From: Cyanophyceae cyanobacterium | GTDB taxonomy: Bacteria > Cyanobacteriota > Cyanobacteriia > Cyanobacteriales > Laspinemataceae | Assembly (NCBI GenBank): GCA_038321985.1 | Contig: JBBQFN010000058.1 | Location: 1 to 13,564, forward strand | Length of the DNA stretch: 13,564 bases | Reading direction: 5' to 3' | In this document: piece after piece, positions 8,304-13,564 of the stretch | How the letters are laid out: every line of letters begins with the position of its first letter | How positions within the stretch are numbered: the first letter of the stretch is position 1 | Program-made: the position numbers and the translations under genes | Notes under the pieces: model-generated | Seen by the model: only the letters and a program-made list of their open reading frames with translations | What the model was told of the DNA's origin: nothing | Databases searched by the model: none

Positions 8304-8489
8304 TTAATGGGAACGACGAATCGAGAGACCCGGAGCATAAGCCTCCACAACGCGACCCGTACTCACACAACTCACCATCAAATAATCACAACTAGGACAT
8401 TGAGTCTGACTAAAATCGCGTTTTGAAAAGTAATAACGTTCTGCGAGACTTCCACAATTAGGGCATCGAATCGCTTGAAGTGTCTGCAT
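8304..8489 (-). CDS. Small cyanobacterial Zn-ribbon protein (61 aa), function unknown
   Basis: MQTLQAIRCPNCGSLAERYY...TQCPSCDYLMVSCVSTGRVVEAYAPG with two CxxC pairs and an upstream GAGAGGG RBS-like site. It resembles a conserved small cyanobacterial protein that I recall is often auto-annotated as PriA, but it is far too short for a helicase. Confidence 0.85.
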   Translation of the reverse strand: MQTLQAIRCPNCGSLAERYYFSKRDFSQTQCPSCDYLMVSCVSTGRVVEAYAPGLSIRRSH

Positions 8490-8791
8490 CTTAAACCCTC
8501 TCGGTTAAATGGTGGGACGACAAAAAACAGGAAACTAAAAAAAACAGAAAAATTTGAAGGATTCGGGAAATCCGAGTCAGAATAGTTGAAAATCGCTGCT
8601 TTGCCTTTTACTCCGCTCAAATGACTGAGTTAAAATTCAACTAGCGAGCGCTTCCTGTCTACAGATCATCCAAAAAAAACAATCTTTTTGAGTAAAAACC
8701 CATTGCGTTATCGGGAACTCATGGGGTAGAATCGAGAAAAGTTATTCTCTCTCCTCCATTAAAATCATCCCTGAAAACATCAATAATTGAA

Positions 8792-8828
8792 GTGATCCCC
8801 ATCCTGCTTATCCGTGATCCCCATCACT
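8792..8828. promoter_or_regulatory. Direct repeat (22-bp period) whose second copy is a CRP-like palindrome
   Basis: GTGATCCCCATC at 8792-8803 and 8814-8825. 8813-8828 reads CGTGA-TCCCCA-TCACT against the consensus TGTGA-N6-TCACA (8 of 10). Confidence 0.4.
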
Positions 8829-9011
8829 TATTGCCCACTTAAACCGCAATTCTCAAGGGGAATCTAAAATATTCACAGATATAAATAGGTCCGGCGTGGA
8901 ATCTGAATGCCCAGTCAGACAAGGGATAGAATTTGAAGAGGCGATCAGTTCCCTCAATTGAGTAAAACCCTATCAACCTGATGAGCGTAGCTCACTATTT
9001 GCTAGCCTATC

Positions 9012-9041
9012 ATTATAGATCACAGAGGGAACAGGGATCTA
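9012..9041 (-). promoter_or_regulatory. Putative promoter pointing toward the Zn-ribbon gene
   Basis: Minus strand: perfect TATAAT (9017-9012) with a weak TAGATC 18 nt upstream, and an overlapping TGTGATCT half-site (9024-9017). Confidence 0.35.
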
Positions 9042-9389
9042 TTTTTATTCCAACCCCGTTAAGAAAGGTTACTCTACTCCCTTCTCCCATCCGTCGCCTA
9101 TCTGAATGGTTTAAATGTTAGTCCATCTCTGCTTTTTCTACAAGGGAGAGAGGCAGTAGTTGATCTTCGAGTTCGCGCGCGGGCTGTAATCGAGCAAAAT
9201 TCTCACTAATTCACTTCATGGTAGCGATTCGCCCTGGGAAAATAGACCCTAACACCAGTAGACTCAAACTCTACTCATACAACTCTACCGGCAACAGGGA
9301 AATCACCCTTTAATAGAGGTCTTTGTTCCTGTAGCCCCACCTTGAATTGGGTATAGGTATCTGAAAAACTATCCAATTTAAATCTTAAA

Positions 9390-9476
9390 CGGAGAGGGGG
9401 GGATTCGAACCCCCGATGGTTGTGACACCATAACAGATTTCGAGTCTGCCGCATTCAACCGCTCTGCCACCTCTCC
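9390..9476 (-). tRNA. tRNA-Ser(CGA)
   Basis: GGAGAGGTGGCAGAGCGGTTGAATGCGGCAGACTCGAAATCTGTTATGGTGTCACAACCATCGGGGGTTCGAATCCCCCCCTCTCCG: 7-bp acceptor stem, anticodon loop CT-CGA-AA (9442-9440), long variable arm, TTCGAAT T-loop, G discriminator, CCA not encoded. Confidence 0.98.
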
Positions 9477-9484
9477 AGTTGTTC

Positions 9485-9513
9485 ATGTTACCCTATCTAA
9501 CCAGGTTTGGGAA
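9485..9513 (-). promoter_or_regulatory. Putative tRNA-Ser promoter
   Basis: TTCCCA (9513-9508), 17 nt spacer, TAACAT (9490-9485), ending 8 nt before the mature tRNA 5' end. Confidence 0.45.
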
Positions 9514-9516
9514 GCC

Positions 9517-11874
9517 CTAGAGGAAAAGATTTTCATTATCTAGGGGATCCAAGGTTGAGCCAAAGCCATCCCGGGAATTCCACTGAATCGCCCCTTCCTG
9601 ACCTATCAAGTAAATTTGAGCATTCCGTTCCCGCAATAATCGTTCAGTCTCCGGGTTGATCGCATCATTCGAGGCGATCGCTACAGACGGTTGCAGCGCC
9701 TCTATTAAATAAGGAGCCAACTGTTCCCCGGACCACCACAACACCCGTAACGCTGACTCTTCATTCTCTACCGCCAGCAACGAACCCGCTGTGACTAAAT
9801 GGCTTTGTTCCGAAGGATTCAGGTCCCCGAGTAAAAACCACATCTGATTGCCAATCTGGAACTGCACCACCGGGGGCTTCAGACTTACCACCTGAACTCC
9901 CGTTGTCCCCACTGCCAAGGTTTGCCCGATTGGTAAAGGATGATAGGACCCTTTACGGTGGCTTAAATTCGCCAGTAAAGGCTGATCAACGCTCTGATTG
10001 GGGTCAATTTGCGGCGAAGAAAACACCCGCACTCGCAAGTTATCCACAACCTGATACCACCCACTCCGGTAGTTCACTGGCGTTGTGGCGATCGCCCAAT
10101 CAATTTGATTCACCCCCTGCTGTCGCAAAAAAGGTAACACCGCATATCGTGCTGTCGCATCATCCCCGCTGTTGACAACAATGGCTTTTCCCCGATCTTG
10201 AACCACCAAAACCGGATCGCCCTTAGTTGCTAGGGCTGTAATCTGAAATACGGTAGTCCGGGCATATAACACCGGTACTACTACCAAACCCACGGCAAAT
10301 AGGAATCCCAACACCCATCGCCGTTTTTGATGTAACCAAGGAATCACCCATACAGAAACCACGATTCCATAGAGGATCATCACTTGCACAATCGAGAGGG
10401 TTCCCGTAGCAATGGAATTCCCCGGTAATTGGCTGACAAATTCGACCAGGGAGATCGTCAAGTTGAGGGGATAATACAGCAACCAGGCAGTTGCCGTCCC
10501 CGCTAGGGGCCAGATTGCAGCACAGATCGCACTGATAAATCCCCCAAGGGTAATCCCCGCCAAAGGCAACGACAGGAGAATATTTAATCCAATACTATAA
10601 GGAGCTAATACCCCAAAGGTATAGAGTTGTAGCGGTAGCACCCACACCGACACGGCGATCGGCACTGCAATCAAAGAGGCGATCGTTGGAGGTAACCAAT
10701 CCAACCCCTTTAAAACTGGTGGGGTCGAGACTAACAAACCTAGGGTTGCCAAAAAACTAAGTTGAAATCCTAAATCCCAAATCCACAGGGGATTCCAGAT
10801 CAGCAAAAAGGTCGCTGCCAGTAGCAGAGACCCCAAAGCGTTCACTTGACGTTGCATTAAGGGAGCTAGTAAAGCGGCACACCCCATTAATGCCGCTCGT
10901 AAAACTGAAGGTGAACCCCCGGTGACAAACACATAGATAATTAAAACTGCTGCCCCATAACTAAATTGGGTTTTCTGAGAAAACCGACGGGTGATTGCTC
11001 GCACCAATCCTAAAATGACAGCCACGTGAAATCCTGAAGCGGCTAGAACATGGGCTAAACCCACCTGCATAAACCGTTCGCGAATGTCATGGCCCAGATC
11101 AACGGCGCGTCTGCCTAAAACCATTGCACTGAGGACCGGACCTTCTGGCACTCCCAATCCGCGTACCTGAGCACGCAGAATCCGCCGCCGCAGTTGCCAC
11201 ATTCCCCAGGAATTATTAGGGCGATCGCTGGCTAGAAAATTCACTTGCCGTCCCGCTAATCCCGCAAAAGTCCCAACTCTTGCCAAATAAGCCTGAAAGT
11301 CAAACCCTCCAGGATTTCCTGCCGGTTGAGGCAAGTACAATCGACCCGTTACCTCCACCCGTTGACCCGGATATAAGCCGGTTCCTTGAAGTAATGGAAC
11401 GGTGACATATAGCTTGCCAGTAACGGTTTGGGTTTTTGCAGTATCGCTTCCCCCATTTCCCGAAGTCCCAACAATTTCAATCACTTGGTTCGGCTCAAAC
11501 CAAAATTGAATGCGGTTGCTGCGCGTCAACCGGGCTTCACTGGCAACTTTTCCGAAGACGTTTACCAGTTGTTGCTGAGTGGGAACATCGGGAGCAGCCA
11601 CAAACCGGCTGATATCATCAATACCGATTTGTGGTTGCCGCAGGGGTAAATAGAGGGTTGCCAGAAACCCTATTGCTCCGGCAATTAGCCAAATTCTCGG
11701 TTGTAAACCTGCTTTTAGGGCTTCCAGGCGTTTAGGAAAGGGCACTTTGAGTAACAGCCCTGAGGCGATCGCCGCGGTCAAACTCAGGACCAGCACTCCT
11801 CCCCACGGAAACGCAGTGCACAGCAATCCTAAAATGTAGGCCAAACACAGAACGACTAAAGGGGCAGAAGTCAT
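9517..11874 (-). CDS. comEC: ComEC/Rec2 DNA-uptake competence protein
   Basis: N-terminal TMs, OB-like region with NPGGFDFQAYL, core motifs GLAHVLAASGFHV, SPSVLRAALM and WDLGFQLSFLAT, many TM helices, and a degenerate C-terminal beta-lactamase-like domain. Confidence 0.95.
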   Translation of the reverse strand: MTSAPLVVLCLAYILGLLCTAFPWGGVLVLSLTAAIASGLLLKVPFPKRLEALKAGLQPRIWLIAGAIGFLATLYLPLRQPQIGIDDISRFVAAPDVPTQQQLVNVFGKVASEARLTRSNRIQFWFEPNQVIEIVGTSGNGGSDTAKTQTVTGKLYVTVPLLQGTGLYPGQRVEVTGRLYLPQPAGNPGGFDFQAYLARVGTFAGLAGRQVNFLASDRPNNSWGMWQLRRRILRAQVRGLGVPEGPVLSAMVLGRRAVDLGHDIRERFMQVGLAHVLAASGFHVAVILGLVRAITRRFSQKTQFSYGAAVLIIYVFVTGGSPSVLRAALMGCAALLAPLMQRQVNALGSLLLAATFLLIWNPLWIWDLGFQLSFLATLGLLVSTPPVLKGLDWLPPTIASLIAVPIAVSVWVLPLQLYTFGVLAPYSIGLNILLSLPLAGITLGGFISAICAAIWPLAGTATAWLLYYPLNLTISLVEFVSQLPGNSIATGTLSIVQVMILYGIVVSVWVIPWLHQKRRWVLGFLFAVGLVVVPVLYARTTVFQITALATKGDPVLVVQDRGKAIVVNSGDDATARYAVLPFLRQQGVNQIDWAIATTPVNYRSGWYQVVDNLRVRVFSSPQIDPNQSVDQPLLANLSHRKGSYHPLPIGQTLAVGTTGVQVVSLKPPVVQFQIGNQMWFLLGDLNPSEQSHLVTAGSLLAVENEESALRVLWWSGEQLAPYLIEALQPSVAIASNDAINPETERLLRERNAQIYLIGQEGAIQWNSRDGFGSTLDPLDNENLFL

Positions 11875-11893
11875 TAGGTTGAGCTTTCCTCTT

Positions 11894-12394
11894 CTATATA
11901 GATAGACCCAATTTTAATCCCAGCAGGGCATGAACCAACATCAGCCCTAGGGCCACGGTTCCTAAATAGGCATGAGCCGCCCGGAGGGGGAGGCGATCGC
12001 CCTGAAATCTCAAAGACATCGCCCCATTGAGAGCTAACAACACCGCCCCATTGAGAGCTAACAACACCAATAGTATCGAACCCGTCCAGAAATGAGGGCT
12101 TTCTAAAATCGGCTGCCGTTGCATCACCAGAGATAAAACCCCTCCGGTATAACCGAGAGCCATAAATAGGAACATCCAAGGAGCAAGTTGGCGGTGGTCG
12201 CTGCGGCCCTTAATCGCTGCATCCTTATCCGGTGCAACTCGTCCGCGCCATCCAGACCAGCCGACATAACTACCCATTACAAATACCACAATCGCCATCA
12301 TCAGGGGATGTCCCCAATGCACAATCGCCTCAGGCAGTCCTAAACTGCGAAACTGACTGGCGATCGGTTCGAGGACTTCGCTCAGATCGATCAT
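11894..12394 (-). CDS. DUF4079-like membrane protein with conserved histidines
   Basis: HWGHPLMM, HRQLAPWMFLF, GYTGGVLSLVMQ, ESPHFWTG, HAYLG and HALLG; about four TM helices; AGGAGAAGGA RBS upstream. Confidence 0.85.
   Translation of the reverse strand: MIDLSEVLEPIASQFRSLGLPEAIVHWGHPLMMAIVVFVMGSYVGWSGWRGRVAPDKDAAIKGRSDHRQLAPWMFLFMALGYTGGVLSLVMQRQPILESPHFWTGSILLVLLALNGAVLLALNGAMSLRFQGDRLPLRAAHAYLGTVALGLMLVHALLGLKLGLSI
12020..12067. repeat. Perfect 24-bp tandem duplication inside the DUF4079-like CDS
   Basis: CGCCCCATTGAGAGCTAACAACAC at 12020-12043 and 12044-12067, encoding VLLALNGA twice. Confidence 0.97.
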
Positions 12395-12445
12395 TCCTTC
12401 TCCTATTTCTTTACTCTTTCATTCAACATCACGGAGTAAACCAAC

Positions 12446-13342
12446 TTAAGCAGCCGAGGCTTGATCGGATGAATCCCTTTTTAGAAGGGGAAATCCCAGT
12501 TTCTCCCGTTGCTCCAGATACAGATGAGCCACCCGTCGTGCCAAATTGCGGATCCGCCCAATATAACGAGTCCGCTCAGTTACAGAAATGACGCCTCTGG
12601 CATCTAATAGATTAAAGGTATGAGAACACTTCAGTACATAATCTAGGGTAGGGGCCACCAATCCTCGTGCCGTTAGCTGTTCTGCCTCTTCTTCATAAAG
12701 TGCAAAGAGCTTGAACAGTAAATCTGGATTAGAAGCCTCGAAGTTATAGACGCAGTGTTCCACCTCTCCCTGGAGGTGAACATCTCCATAAGTTACCTCA
12801 TCGGTCCAGTTAATCTTGGTAAAAGCATCTTTTTCCTGGAGATACATCGTTAAGCGCTCCAGTCCATAAGTAATCTCGATGGAGACGGGACGGCAATCGA
12901 TGCCCCCACATTGTTGGAAGTAGGTAAATTGGGTAATCTCCATGCCATCGAGCCAAACTTCCCAGCCAACACCCCAGGCCCCTAGGGTGGGAGACTCCCA
13001 GTTATCCTCCACAAACCGAATATCCCGGTCTTCTGGCCGGATCCCTAAAGCCCGCAGAGAATCCAGATAGAGATCCTGGATATTGTCTGGGGAGGGTTTG
13101 ATGATGACTTGATACTGATAATAGTGTTGGTAGCGGTTGGGGTTCTCGCCATAGCGTCCATCAGTGGGACGACGGCAAGGTTCCACATAAGCCACAGACC
13201 AAGGTTCAGGACCGATCGCCCGTAAGAAGGTATGGGGATTCATGGTGCCTGCGCCTTTTTCAATATCGTAGGGCTGGGCAATCAGACAACCGCGATCGGC
13301 CCAAAACTGATTTAACGTGGCAATCACTGACTGAAAATTCAC
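12446..13342 (-). CDS. glyQ: Glycine--tRNA ligase alpha subunit
   Basis: [73 protein letters not shown] and [14 protein letters not shown] start. Confidence 0.99.
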   Translation of the reverse strand: MNFQSVIATLNQFWADRGCLIAQPYDIEKGAGTMNPHTFLRAIGPEPWSVAYVEPCRRPTDGRYGENPNRYQHYYQYQVIIKPSPDNIQDLYLDSLRALGIRPEDRDIRFVEDNWESPTLGAWGVGWEVWLDGMEITQFTYFQQCGGIDCRPVSIEITYGLERLTMYLQEKDAFTKINWTDEVTYGDVHLQGEVEHCVYNFEASNPDLLFKLFALYEEEAEQLTARGLVAPTLDYVLKCSHTFNLLDARGVISVTERTRYIGRIRNLARRVAHLYLEQREKLGFPLLKRDSSDQASAA

Positions 13343-13415
13343 GGTTCGCTTTCCTCTGCAAGCAAGTTCATTATTTATTCTCGCTTAAAACTCGCCCCGT
13401 GAAAGGCTTCCAGAC

Positions 13416-13482
13416 TTTTTTTAAAAAAAGGTCAAAAAAAACCTCAAAAACGCTTGACAAACCCGGGTGGGTTAGTTAAAGT
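13416..13482 (+). promoter_or_regulatory. Strong promoter with UP-element-like A-tracts, probably of an rRNA operon
   Basis: Perfect TTGACA (13454-13459), 17 nt spacer, TAAAGT (13477-13482). A-tracts start at 13423, 13434 and 13446, about one helical turn apart. Confidence 0.85.
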
Positions 13483-13488
13483 AGTAAA

Positions 13489-13564
13489 GCGCGGTGAGGA
13501 AAGGCAACGAACCAAGTCGCGCCTGAACCAAGACAATTAAAGAGTTTGAAAGCCAATAGAAACC
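13489..13564 (+). other. Probable rrn leader upstream of 16S (boxB-like hairpin and boxA-like motif), truncated by the window edge
   Basis: Stem GCGCGG (13489-13494) / TCGCGC (13517-13522), then GAACCAAGACAA (13525-13536), similar to cyanobacterial boxA GAACCTTGAAAA, then AGTTTGAAAGCC. The 16S gene itself is not in the window. Confidence 0.75.

Larger units (their letters stand above)
511..12000. repeat. Dispersed HIP1 palindromes (GCGATCGC), about 24 copies
   Basis: Copies counted by eye at 511, 2738, 2920, 3280, 3595, 3624, 3824, 3888, 4376, 4401, 5053, 5229, 5507, 6115, 6491, 7312, 7770, 8217, 8235, 9674, 10088, 11221, 11765, 11993. HIP1 is a known cyanobacterial hallmark. Confidence 0.95.

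Noticed and set aside
8304..8489. Calling the Zn-ribbon protein PriA
   Set aside because: PriA is a helicase of several hundred residues; only CxxC pairs are shared.
8378..8620. 80-aa minus-strand ORF
   Set aside because: It overlaps the Zn-ribbon gene in another frame, has a TTG start, and its Phe-rich stretch simply reflects A-tracts.
8490..9389. Intact genomic island or prophage at the tRNA-Ser 3' end
   Set aside because: No integrase, no repeat of the tRNA 3' end and no terminal inverted repeats were seen.
9903..12591. ORFs 9903-10175, 11428-11649, 11874-12179 and 12232-12591
   Set aside because: They overlap comEC, the DUF4079-like gene or glyQ in other frames or strands; the repeated GVVSSQWG is just the 24-bp duplication read out of frame.
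13343..13450. T-box or glycine riboswitch upstream of glyQ; absence of glyS
   Set aside because: The space is too short and no motifs are present; glyQ and glyS are commonly unlinked in cyanobacteria.

Overview
Cyanobacterial core-chromosome segment. The HIP1 octamer GCGATCGC occurs about 24 times by my count; an Oscillatoriales-like filamentous strain is my guess. Left end: 5' part of psbD (minus strand, missed by the ORF track). Divergent plus-strand run: ycf4, cyclophilin lipoprotein, FabF-like ketoacyl synthase, orphan cNMP-binding histidine kinase, CruP-like FAD oxidoreductase, a decayed ORF remnant, and rlmN. Converging minus-strand run, in transcription order: glyQ, DUF4079-like membrane protein (with a perfect 24-bp in-frame duplication), comEC, tRNA-Ser(CGA), a ~900-bp gene-free region, and a 61-aa Zn-ribbon gene. 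Right end: a strong promoter and leader typical of an rRNA operon. I found no CRISPR, IS, prophage or clear multi-gene novel system. The best leads are the cNMP kinase overlapping cruP, the long leader with CRP-like boxes upstream of the Zn-ribbon gene, the remnant/uORF coupled to rlmN, and the duplication in the DUF4079 gene. All family calls come from motif recognition, not database searches.
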